NCBI GenBank assembly: GCA_048885925.1
Contig: JBHLLG010000001.1
Location: 35,105 to 99,104, forward strand
Source: Candidatus Hermodarchaeota archaeon
GTDB taxonomy: Archaea; Asgardarchaeota; Lokiarchaeia; Sigyniarchaeales; SOKP01
Reading direction: 5' to 3'
Length of the DNA: 64,000 nt
The notes under the pieces are model-generated. The model was not told where the DNA came from. It made no database searches and saw nothing but the letters and a program-made list of their open reading frames with translations. Shown here one piece after another: positions 42,196 through 51,509 of this stretch (positions within the stretch are counted from its first letter, which is position 1; each line of letters begins with the position of its first letter). The translations under genes were made by a program, and so were the position numbers.

Positions 42196-43434
42196 TTAAA
42201 GATATTCTTTTTTAATTTTTGATTTTAAAGCGAGAAATACAATTAGAATTCCAAAGATCAGATATAGAAAGTTAATATTGATCATAACTAAAATTCCAAT
42301 TAATGGATATAGAATGGCTTTTATTATTCCAGATATTACATTTATAGTACTTAAAATTGTAGCTCTGTTATTTTCTTTTATCTGTCTATTAATTCCATTT
42401 GTAAATATTATATACCTTGACAATCCTAACCCAATTACTAATAAAAATAGAAATATAATTACTGGAGCAAAGTTTATTATTGCAATTAAAATATATCCTA
42501 TTCCAGGAACAATAGTGTTTACTAAAAGTAATTTTCTTTTATCTGTATCATTACTTGTTAAGTGTGGAATTAAATTTAAAAATGTAAATTGTGAAAGAGT
42601 TAAACCAGCATCGATAAATCCAAAATAGAAGAGAGGAATACTGAATTCAATAAGAATGTAATATTGATAGGTATATACAAGAAAAATTATAATTATTTCA
42701 ATTATTATCTTTTCAAATACTAAAATCTTAAGAATTTTATTCTTCCAAAGTAATTTAAATCCTGAGTTTACAATTTGAGCGCTGCTTTTCTTAGTATCGC
42801 CTACTCCACTAATTTTATGGATAGTAAATGTAATAATTAAACATATTAAATAAGGTATAATCATTAAGAAGACTACCATTCTAATTGATATTAAATTGGC
42901 AATAATGGAACCTAATGGAGCCGACATTACTATCCCTAGTAAAAACATTCCATCATTCCTAGCCATAATTTTCATAATTAGGCTTTCTTTACCAACTTTT
43001 CTAAGATTTTCATATATTATCGCTTCATTGGTTCCAGAAATTAAAGCGTTACTAAACGCAAATAAAGTTTCTCCTACAATAAATAATAATTTGTTTGGAG
43101 CAAATCCATACACAAAGGGAATTAAAAGATACGATATTCCTGCTAATGTAAGCGCAAATTTCTTACTAAAACGATCTGCTATTATACCACATGGAATTTC
43201 GAAGATAATTACTATGATAGCATAATAACTTTGTAATAACATAAATTCAAAAAAGGTGAATCCCCCATAGATTAAATAAAAAGGAATTAAAATGCCTGAA
43301 ATGAGAGAAAATCCTATAAAGAAATTAAAGAAGTATAATTTAATGAGATTTGATTTAAATTTAGATCTTTGAATCTTGTTCTTTTCAATTATTACCAAAT
43401 TTCTTTCAGAATTACTTTCTTGGAACAAGCTCAC
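42196..43434 (-). CDS. MFS transporter
   Basis: FEIPCGIIADRFSKK, SGTNEAIIYE, RATILS; about 12 TMs. Confidence 0.88.
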   Translation of the reverse strand: MSLFQESNSERNLVIIEKNKIQRSKFKSNLIKLYFFNFFIGFSLISGILIPFYLIYGGFTFFEFMLLQSYYAIIVIIFEIPCGIIADRFSKKFALTLAGISYLLIPFVYGFAPNKLLFIVGETLFAFSNALISGTNEAIIYENLRKVGKESLIMKIMARNDGMFLLGIVMSAPLGSIIANLISIRMVVFLMIIPYLICLIITFTIHKISGVGDTKKSSAQIVNSGFKLLWKNKILKILVFEKIIIEIIIIFLVYTYQYYILIEFSIPLFYFGFIDAGLTLSQFTFLNLIPHLTSNDTDKRKLLLVNTIVPGIGYILIAIINFAPVIIFLFLLVIGLGLSRYIIFTNGINRQIKENNRATILSTINVISGIIKAILYPLIGILVMININFLYLIFGILIVFLALKSKIKKEYL

Positions 43435-44602
43435 TTAGATCACCTTTTAACAAATTAAATTTTCCTATTTTATTTATTTACAGTTCTGATTACCTTCTTT
43501 TGGTTATTAAATTAATACAAATATTGATAGAGTGAAATCTCAAGCATTTTGAGATTTACTAGTTATTATAAAATCTTTTTTCTAGACATTATTAATTTTA
43601 ATAATGATAGCAAAAAGTATAAGCCATTGAAATTTGAGGCTTAAAGTCATATACTACTCATTTTGGGAGATTTTATATCATCTAACTGAAAATTTATAAC
43701 TCCATGAAAGTTATAATTTTTGTATATTGCCTCAACAGGCAATTCCATACTTGAGAGGTCTTTGATCATATGAAAATCCACCTAAGTAATACTCTTATAA
43801 TATATTTATTATTAACAATAATATTCCTATATAATATTTAATAAGGGCGCAGATATTTAAATTTTTGTATTCTTATTGATATGTAGAGGCATTTAGCCCT
43901 TAAAGGGCACTTTTAGAATCAATAAATCCGAAAAGAATCCTTTTTATATTTTATAAGTTGGTTAGATTTGTAATTATAATCCTAATTATTTTTAAATTAA
44001 TACAAGCTTTATAATATTGAATTAAATCCATAAAGACTTCTTAAAATCGCAATAAAATTTTTAGATTTAACTAAAAATCTTCGAGATTAGGAGTTTGGCT
44101 CTAATCCTAATTATCATGGAGTTAAAGTCAAAATTCCAATACTTGTGATATAAAAGTGAAAAAAATAAATGGAAGAAATTCATGTACTAAAATTAAAGAT
44201 AATTCTAGCATTTCGAATCATTTATTTTTTCATAATTAAGAAATTCTACATTAACTCTGAATCAATAGTTTAAGAGAAAACAAAATGAATTTTGAATAAC
44301 CTTCAAAAAAATAAATACTTCTTCTCACTCATTTCATTATAAATTTTCAACTAATCGCTTACTACATAATAAAAAAGTTAGATTATTAATTAAATTCCAT
44401 CAATAAGTGAGAAATTGTATCTATATTCATAATTGAAAGATTATATGAATCTTGAATTGAGTTTTCAGATAAAATTGTCAGATCTAATTTTTTTATTTTG
44501 ATATTTATTAGAATTTTTAATGTAGCAATAATTGATTCTAAATATAATTCGAATTTAATCATTATTCAAATGGGGAGAACATAAATTCGATCAAGTAAAT
44601 TA

Positions 44603-45445
44603 ATGTCTTTAGAAGAAGCTATATCTACTTATGTTCAAAATGGAGACTTGGTTGGTATTGGTGGACTATCTTTTTGGAGAAAATCAATTAGTGCTTGTAG
44701 AGAAATTATAAGGCAAAATAAAAAAGACTTAGCAATTTGTACTTTTGTGGGTGGATTTGAAGTTGATATGTTAATCGCAGGAAGATGCGTCTCTGAAGTG
44801 AGATCTTGTTTTGTTGGAATGGAAATTTTTGGTATGGCTCCACATTATCGAAAAGCTGTTGAATCTGGTTCGATTAAAATATCTGAAGAAAGCGAAGCGA
44901 CTATTGCTTTAGGGTTAAGAGCATCCTATTTAAAAGTACCTTTCATGCCCTTAAAAGGTCTTATCGGGACAGATATGCCAAAAGTTAGAAATGATATTAA
45001 GCAAATTGAAGATCCTCTTGGTTCGGGAACTCAAGTAATGGTAGTGCCTAAGATAGATTTAGATGTAGCAATAATTCATGTACCCTATGCAGATGAATTT
45101 GGTAATGGTAATATTACTGGTGCTGTATGGATGGATGCGGATATGGGAAAAACTGCGAAAAAAACAATTATAACATGTGAAAAATTAGTGGAAACAGAAG
45201 ACATTCGCTATTTACCAGGGAAGGCACAATTACCTTTACAAACTACTAGTGCTGTTGTTAAATTACCCTTTGGAGCTCACCCAACTTCATGTTTTCCTAT
45301 TTATACATTTGATCCACTTCATATTCAATGTTATTTAAAATCTAATTTTGAAGATTATAGAAAAAAGTTCATAACAAATAAAACAGATATTCAATATCTG
45401 GAAGAAAGTGGTGGAATACAAACAATATTTAACGTTTTATTATAG
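44603..45445 (+). CDS. CoA-transferase subunit A (glutaconate CoA-transferase GctA-like)
   Basis: MSLEEAI...VGIGG, DVAIIHVPYADEFGN, IITCEKLV, PFGAHPTSC. Confidence 0.9.
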   Translation: MSLEEAISTYVQNGDLVGIGGLSFWRKSISACREIIRQNKKDLAICTFVGGFEVDMLIAGRCVSEVRSCFVGMEIFGMAPHYRKAVESGSIKISEESEATIALGLRASYLKVPFMPLKGLIGTDMPKVRNDIKQIEDPLGSGTQVMVVPKIDLDVAIIHVPYADEFGNGNITGAVWMDADMGKTAKKTIITCEKLVETEDIRYLPGKAQLPLQTTSAVVKLPFGAHPTSCFPIYTFDPLHIQCYLKSNFEDYRKKFITNKTDIQYLEESGGIQTIFNVLL

Positions 45446-45457
45446 GAGGAGAACATA

Positions 45458-46336
45458 ATGAGTGAACAATCAAAGGATTATACTATAGATGAAATGATGA
45501 CTATTTTAATGGCTCGAGAAGTTAAAAATGATGATGTTATGATAGTTGGTGTTGCAACTCCTATGGTTTGGGCTGCATTTACTTTAGCAAAATTAACTCA
45601 TGCACCTGATGCAATATATCATTATATTATGGGAAACACTTTCGTGATGGAACCACGCCGAGTTTCTTTATTATATCTTGAAATGAATACCGCAAGAGCT
45701 TATCGATTTCAGGATAGTGTGGAATGTACATTAGAATCCCTCCCTTCTGATAAGTTGACTACCATTGAATTTTTTAGACCCGCTCAAATTGATCAATATG
45801 GGAATAGTAATAATATCTGCATAGGAGATTGGAATAAACCAAAAATTAGACTTCCTGGAGCTGCGGGAATACTTGATTTCAGTATGTTTTATGCTCGTGG
45901 ATCTTTCCTTTATACGCCTAGACATGATAAAAGGACCTTTGTACCAACTGAAAAACTTGATTTTATATCGGGAGTAGGGTTCCCAGAAGGTAAACCTTCT
46001 ATATGTGGAGGGGCTGGTCCTCAATGCGTAATTACTAACTTAGCATATTTGGATTTTGAAAATAAAAGAAAAATAATGAGGTTAAAAACAATTCATCCTA
46101 GTATTAACCTTGAAACTATAAAAGAATCTACGGGATTTGAACTAATTATCCCAGATAGACTTAATCAGACTGCACCTCCTACAGTAAAAGAAATCAAACT
46201 ATTAAGAGAAAAAGTAGATCCCCTAGAAATAAGAAAGTTAGAAGTCCTTGCTGGCAAAGAACGGGAAGAATTATTAAGTTATGTTATAGAAAAAGAATTA
46301 GCAATGGAAAATAGATTTCCTAAATTATTATTATAG
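45458..46336 (+). CDS. CoA-transferase subunit B (GctB-like)
   Basis: AQIDQYGNSN, RLPGAAG, DFISGVG, VITNLA, TGFEL; GGAGG ribosome-binding site upstream. Confidence 0.9.
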   Translation: MSEQSKDYTIDEMMTILMAREVKNDDVMIVGVATPMVWAAFTLAKLTHAPDAIYHYIMGNTFVMEPRRVSLLYLEMNTARAYRFQDSVECTLESLPSDKLTTIEFFRPAQIDQYGNSNNICIGDWNKPKIRLPGAAGILDFSMFYARGSFLYTPRHDKRTFVPTEKLDFISGVGFPEGKPSICGGAGPQCVITNLAYLDFENKRKIMRLKTIHPSINLETIKESTGFELIIPDRLNQTAPPTVKEIKLLREKVDPLEIRKLEVLAGKEREELLSYVIEKELAMENRFPKLLL

Positions 46337-46418
46337 CTAATAAAACTTAAAATAGCTTTTACAATAAGATTGTGTTAAAAATTAGAAGTTTTAAAAAAGA
46401 TTTTATTATTGTTAATTT

Positions 46419-46456
46419 TATTTACTATAAAACAAAATAATGTACTATAGTAAACA
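46419..46456. promoter_or_regulatory. Candidate operator upstream of the AbrB-like fusion gene
   Basis: Perfect palindrome TACTATAGTA at 46443-46452 and a related TTTACTATAAAACA at 46421-46434, 20-50 nt before ATG 46475. Confidence 0.35.
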
Positions 46457-46474
46457 TATTTTTAATTAATTGTT

Positions 46475-48289
46475 ATGAAAACAGCAAAAGGTAGAATTTC
46501 AGAAAAGAAATCAGGTAATCGTGGATATAAAAGCTGTTGGGTTTACATTCCAAGTAGTATATCTAAAAATGATTATTTTCCATTTAAGGATAAGGAAGTA
46601 GTCTCAATAGAGTTGAATGGAGATCAATTAATAATTAGTAAAAATTATGATCTTTATCAAATAACGAAAAGATATGGTTTAGATGACGCAACCTTGTCAA
46701 ATTTAGTAGAAAAAAAAGCATTTATTAATAAAGATCTGCCTTTTATTTACTTTGAAGATGAGCTTTTTTCTTATTCTGACACAAATAAAAATTCGAACAA
46801 GATTGCTAATGGACTTTTAAATTTAATTAGTAAGTTAAAATTAAATAACCCAAAAATAGCACTATTACTCCCAAATTGTCCTGATTTTATTTTTTGTTGG
46901 CTTGGTATAGCAAAAACTAGAAGCGTGCTAGTAGCAATAAATTATTTATTGTCAGAAGGTAGTTTGGAGTATATTTTGAAAAAAAGTAATACAGAGATAT
47001 TAATAATTGATTATAATTATCTTCCTAAAATTCAAAAAATTTATACTAAACTAACACAGATAAAGAAAATTATTATTTATCATCCTCCGAGTGATTTTAA
47101 ATTTAAGGATAATTTTATTGATTTTCAAGAGATTTTATTTGATAATGATAAAAATCCTTATATCAATATTCAAAATTTTAATCCATTAGAAATCTGCTAT
47201 ACTTCAGGTGCTACAGGAAAACCTAAGTGTGTTTTGTATAGGAATTATTTTACCTTATCAGGAATAAGTATAGGAAGTGAATTGGAAGATATTGGTTTCA
47301 GTCGAATTTCTCAGAAAATATATTGTTCTTTACCTCTAGCTCACACTTTTACACGTTATTTAGCAATAATCCCTGCATTATATTATAATGGTTCGATAAT
47401 AATAGCTAAAGAATTTAATAAATCAATATTTTGGGATGATATTAATAGATATAAGCCAGATTCCTTTATCTATAACGGTAAATTTTTATTAGCTTTAGTT
47501 AATCAACAACCAAGGAATTCAGATAGAAAACATTCGTTAAAATATGCCTTTGGATTTGGTGCTTTAAAATCAGTATGGGAAGCATTTGAAAGAAGATTCG
47601 GTTTACCAATTTTCGAAGTATGGGCAGTAGTAGAAGGGATAGGAATTACAATGAATACAATAGGTTCTAAAGGAGGCAAAATTGGTTCTATAGGAAAACC
47701 AGTGAAGGGTTATGAGTTAAAAATTGTTGATACCAATGGAAGAGAATTACCTCCAGGAAGAAATAATATTGGTGAAATTGTATCAAGGACAAAGCTTCCT
47801 TTTGAATTAGAATATTACAATTTACAAGAATTAATATCCATGAAAATAACCCAAAACAGATGGGTTCACACTGGTGATTTCGGTTATAAAGATAATGAAG
47901 ATTTTATCTACTATCTAGGTAGACAAATAGATATGATTCTTAGAGGGGATGAAACTTTTTTTTCAACAGATATTGAAAAAATAGCCGATTCACACCCAGG
48001 AGTCGCTGAATGTGCTGCATTTGAAGTATCTATTGAAAATTCAACAAAAAAGGAGATAAAAATATGTGTTGTGGTCAAAGAAGATATGGAATTGAAGTAT
48101 AATGACTTCCATTACTACCTTAAGGAGAATTTGGCATACTTTATGGTCCCAAGGTTTATAGAATTTAAAGAAGAATTACCAAAAAATCTGAATGAATTAG
48201 TTCAAAAATTTATTTTAAAAGAAGAATGGGAAGACAAAAGTTTAAGAAAAAATACTTTTGACACTATTGAGCAAAAATTTTTAGATTAA
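46475..48289 (+). CDS. AbrB/MazE-like N-terminal domain fused to a CaiC-like acyl-CoA ligase domain with degenerate motifs
   Basis: N-terminus YKSCWVYIPSSI...FPFKDKEVVSIELNGDQLIISK; ligase motifs YTSGATGKPK and HTGDFG. Confidence 0.75.
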   Translation: MKTAKGRISEKKSGNRGYKSCWVYIPSSISKNDYFPFKDKEVVSIELNGDQLIISKNYDLYQITKRYGLDDATLSNLVEKKAFINKDLPFIYFEDELFSYSDTNKNSNKIANGLLNLISKLKLNNPKIALLLPNCPDFIFCWLGIAKTRSVLVAINYLLSEGSLEYILKKSNTEILIIDYNYLPKIQKIYTKLTQIKKIIIYHPPSDFKFKDNFIDFQEILFDNDKNPYINIQNFNPLEICYTSGATGKPKCVLYRNYFTLSGISIGSELEDIGFSRISQKIYCSLPLAHTFTRYLAIIPALYYNGSIIIAKEFNKSIFWDDINRYKPDSFIYNGKFLLALVNQQPRNSDRKHSLKYAFGFGALKSVWEAFERRFGLPIFEVWAVVEGIGITMNTIGSKGGKIGSIGKPVKGYELKIVDTNGRELPPGRNNIGEIVSRTKLPFELEYYNLQELISMKITQNRWVHTGDFGYKDNEDFIYYLGRQIDMILRGDETFFSTDIEKIADSHPGVAECAAFEVSIENSTKKEIKICVVVKEDMELKYNDFHYYLKENLAYFMVPRFIEFKEELPKNLNELVQKFILKEEWEDKSLRKNTFDTIEQKFLD

Positions 48290-48327
48290 GGATACAAAAA
48301 ACCACAATAAATATAATTACTATGAGA

Positions 48328-49074
48328 TCAATTTGTTATGCTTTCTATATTGGGGTATAATTCTATCTTTCGACCTTTTTCTTTAAGATAGATTAAATCA
48401 TTCTCTGATAATTTATCAATATGATATTTTATTGTGTTGCGTGATAGGTTTAGAATTCGAGAGATTTTAGAAGAATTAATTCCAGGATTTTTTTGAATAA
48501 TTTCTAAAACTTTTTCAGTTGTCTCTGACTTTGTGGGTAAATTCTTGAAATGTTCAATTGATTCAATAGAGGAAGTAATTGGAAAATATATTGTATATTG
48601 GCCATAGTTTTCTTTTTTTATAATATGGTTCTTCAATAAGACATCTAAATGCCATTGTAATTGTCCTTTCTGTAAATCGCAATTTCGCAATAATTCATTT
48701 TGATGTATTCCAGGATTTTTAAGAATTTCTCTTAATATATTCAAACGATTTTCATTTTCAAATATATCAGTAAGAGTTAAATAAGAACTTCCTTTTTTTA
48801 TAAAGGGTCTTTTTATAATATATCCTCTATACTCTTTTAAAGTAAGTACTTCAAAAACAGTAATTAAAGAAATGATTGTGATTAAAATACAAATAATAAT
48901 TACTTCTATAGAAAAAATTCTTTCACGACCAAATACATCATCTTTGAAAGTTATAACTTGATATAGAATAACCGAGAGTAAGATAAGAGAAAAGATTATC
49001 AGTAAAAATTTCATTCCAAAAATTAAATAAAATTTTTTAACTCCCATTTTGCTCATTAGTTTTTTTATAACCAT
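48328..49074 (-). CDS. Membrane-anchored transcription regulator: two TM helices plus tandem winged-HTH domains
   Basis: Two N-terminal hydrophobic helices; ILKNPGIHQNELLR...QLQWHLDVL and IQKNPGINSSKISRILNLSRNTIKYHIDKL. Confidence 0.85.
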   Translation of the reverse strand: MVIKKLMSKMGVKKFYLIFGMKFLLIIFSLILLSVILYQVITFKDDVFGRERIFSIEVIIICILITIISLITVFEVLTLKEYRGYIIKRPFIKKGSSYLTLTDIFENENRLNILREILKNPGIHQNELLRNCDLQKGQLQWHLDVLLKNHIIKKENYGQYTIYFPITSSIESIEHFKNLPTKSETTEKVLEIIQKNPGINSSKISRILNLSRNTIKYHIDKLSENDLIYLKEKGRKIELYPNIESITN

Positions 49075-49083
49075 TAAATAGTA

Positions 49084-49674
49084 TTATTTTTCAGTTTTAT
49101 TTCTTTTTACCTTTAAAAAAGGAAACATAAAAGGTACATTATCAACATAATCTAAGAATTTATCTCCATATTTAGCTTTTAAGGCATACTCTTCTATCTT
49201 AGCTAATATTATGTAAGCTAAAACTTCGCCAATCCAGATATAAAATATGATGGTATACCCATTAATATTAAATGGATCAAAATTGACAATGGGATACGTT
49301 TGAAATACCACCAAAGTTAATCCAAATGTCATAAGAATGAAGGCCATATATTGAGGATGTCTGACATATTTGTATGGTCCTTTTTGAATTAATTGTTTTC
49401 TATGAATTAATTGATAGATTAATGAGTAGAAAAATAAAATGAATCCAAATATAACAAAATAGATTCCATGAGTATTAACCAAAAACAGAATATCATATTT
49501 TAGAATTCCAGGATTTTGAAAGTAGTAGCCTAAATAAGTTAAAAATGGTACGCTCATTATTCCATGCCAAATTGCCGTACAAGGTACATATTGAAAAATT
49601 GGTACTAAAAACGAAGAAATACTTGTAGAAATAGAAGTAATTTTACTTTTAATCTTCTGCTTATTAGGATTCAT
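49084..49674 (-). CDS. ICMT/PEMT-family membrane methyltransferase
   Basis: LIQKGPYKYVRHPQY, EEYALKAKYGDKFLDY. Confidence 0.85.
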   Translation of the reverse strand: MNPNKQKIKSKITSISTSISSFLVPIFQYVPCTAIWHGIMSVPFLTYLGYYFQNPGILKYDILFLVNTHGIYFVIFGFILFFYSLIYQLIHRKQLIQKGPYKYVRHPQYMAFILMTFGLTLVVFQTYPIVNFDPFNINGYTIIFYIWIGEVLAYIILAKIEEYALKAKYGDKFLDYVDNVPFMFPFLKVKRNKTEK

Positions 49675-49732
49675 TATCGCTATCTTTTACTTTTTAACTC
49701 TCGTTATAAAATAAGAAAAAAATCTATAAATA

Positions 49733-49762
49733 AAGATTTAAGGTGCACTTTTCGAACAATTT
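49733..49762 (-). promoter_or_regulatory. Shared upstream motif, copy 1 (AAGATTTAAGGTGCACTTTTCGAACAATTT on the + strand)
   Basis: 26/30 identical to 51426-51455; about 60 nt upstream of the 49674 start, next to a TATA-like tract. Confidence 0.65.
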
Positions 49763-49763
49763 A

Positions 49764-51371
49764 TTATAGAGGAATAGAAAACTCTGAGGATCCATCATGA
49801 AAGTTTTGATCTATCAATGGTGGTTTCTTCTTCATTACTTTCCTTAATGTAATTAAAGTTGTAATTAGTAATATAATTAAAATTTCGTAGAATATTAAAT
49901 TTGGAATAATATTTTCTTTAGTTATATTTTTAATGGTAATCTCAATATATATAAATGGCCCAACTCCATTTTCGGAGGGTAAAGGTGGCGTTTGGTTGAA
50001 TATATAACTGGTTATGATATACGCTTCATCAATTTCAGAACCAATGAATTTTTCATTAATTAATGTATTCCCCTCATTACTCAGGTTCTGATATACATGC
50101 CAACCCATAGTATCATGAAAAGCAATAGAGAAACCTATTGTATTATTTTGATCTTTTTTAATCTCTAAGGCAAAATTATTTGGAAGTGATTTAATTTTGT
50201 GAACATGAAAGCCATAGTAATGAAGCTTAACTTTATCTTTAATGAGTGGAAAATTAACAGAAGTGTAATTAGTAACACGAGCATCTAGATTTTCAAAACC
50301 ATAGAGGTTGTTCATAAAACCAATCTCATCTAAAGTTAATGCTGTAATCCAATTCAAATATAATTCATTGAATGAGATATCATTACCTGTACTATATAAA
50401 ACATTTTCAATCCCATAAGCTCCATCAGCAGGTTCCATTATTAAATTTCGAAGAACCTCTAATCCATAATGTTCAGCAATATAGAACGCAAACAAATAAG
50501 CACTTCCATAATCAATAGAATTTAACATATTCCAATAGAGAAGAGAATCTCCAGGATGACTAAGAAAGAGTTTTGTCTGTGGACTAAGGTTGTTATATGG
50601 AGTTAAATAATTTGCATAGAAAACTGCATATTCCGCTAAAGCTTCAAGAGTAAAATGAGGTTCATCCATTTCATTGTTAAACCAAATAAGATGATGAAAC
50701 TCATGGGCAATCGTTGGTATCCATGTCTTATAATAGATGTGGAACATCTCGCAGAGGTTAGAATATTCTAACTCTAACTCATTTCTCTGATCATAATAAC
50801 TTATGGGGTTACTTGAAAGTAAAATTATAATTCTTGGATCACCATCTATATCACCTAAAGTTCCATTGGGATGTCCAGCTAAATTAATAATCCTGGGATA
50901 AATTATATTGTCGAATTCATCACAAATATCTTCCGCTTTTTTAATTGCAGCATATTCTCCTATTTCTGCTATACAATAATCTTCCATATATATATAGCAA
51001 TTCTCTCCTACTGAGATTAATGTAGCATTCATTTTATAATATGACCAATCATTAAAGTCCCACATCCAAAAAGCTCGTTGATTGTACTTAATAAAAAAAG
51101 TTTTATTTAGAATTGAATCTTGAACTTTTATGTAAGGTTCATATAGAAAATCAGGTTGAGGAATGATATAATATTGTGAAGTATCATTCATTTTTGGGGA
51201 GATTTTAAAGTTTGTTGGTTCCAATTCTTGGTTTATTTGAGAATTTTGAGAAGATATATTTCTCGTGAAAATACAATTTGAAGTGAAGATACATGAGACC
51301 AAAAAAAAGAGGAGACCTAAATTAACAATATAATGCTTTTTAGAATGCAGTATAGTAGAGTTTAATTTCAT
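49764..51371 (-). CDS. Secreted, C-terminally membrane-anchored zinc metalloprotease (M30/hyicolysin-like)
   Basis: N-terminal signal/TM, GDIDGDPRIIIL, AHEFHHLI...LEALAE (HEXXH+E), DYGSAYLF, C-terminal TM. Confidence 0.8.
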   Translation of the reverse strand: MKLNSTILHSKKHYIVNLGLLFFLVSCIFTSNCIFTRNISSQNSQINQELEPTNFKISPKMNDTSQYYIIPQPDFLYEPYIKVQDSILNKTFFIKYNQRAFWMWDFNDWSYYKMNATLISVGENCYIYMEDYCIAEIGEYAAIKKAEDICDEFDNIIYPRIINLAGHPNGTLGDIDGDPRIIILLSSNPISYYDQRNELELEYSNLCEMFHIYYKTWIPTIAHEFHHLIWFNNEMDEPHFTLEALAEYAVFYANYLTPYNNLSPQTKLFLSHPGDSLLYWNMLNSIDYGSAYLFAFYIAEHYGLEVLRNLIMEPADGAYGIENVLYSTGNDISFNELYLNWITALTLDEIGFMNNLYGFENLDARVTNYTSVNFPLIKDKVKLHYYGFHVHKIKSLPNNFALEIKKDQNNTIGFSIAFHDTMGWHVYQNLSNEGNTLINEKFIGSEIDEAYIITSYIFNQTPPLPSENGVGPFIYIEITIKNITKENIIPNLIFYEILIILLITTLITLRKVMKKKPPLIDQNFHDGSSEFSIPL

Positions 51372-51425
51372 GTTTAATTCGTAGAACTACTTTTTTATAG
51401 CTATTATCTAAAAAAATTTTAATAT

Positions 51426-51455
51426 AAGCTTTAAGGTGCACTTATAGAACATTTT
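51426..51455 (-). promoter_or_regulatory. Shared upstream motif, copy 2 (AAGCTTTAAGGTGCACTTATAGAACATTTT on the + strand)
   Basis: 26/30 identical to 49733-49762; about 55-60 nt upstream of the 51371 start. Confidence 0.65.
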
Positions 51456-51509
51456 AAAAATTCTAAGGTAGTTACAATATTAATAAAAAACATATTATAA
51501 AGAGTTATT

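Noticed and set aside
43977-44114. 13 bp direct repeat TAATCCTAATTAT (43977, 44102) and a small hairpin near 44085-44106 as a CRISPR, IS end or ncRNA
   Set aside because: Only two AT-rich copies with no regular spacers, no cas or transposase gene and no extended structure
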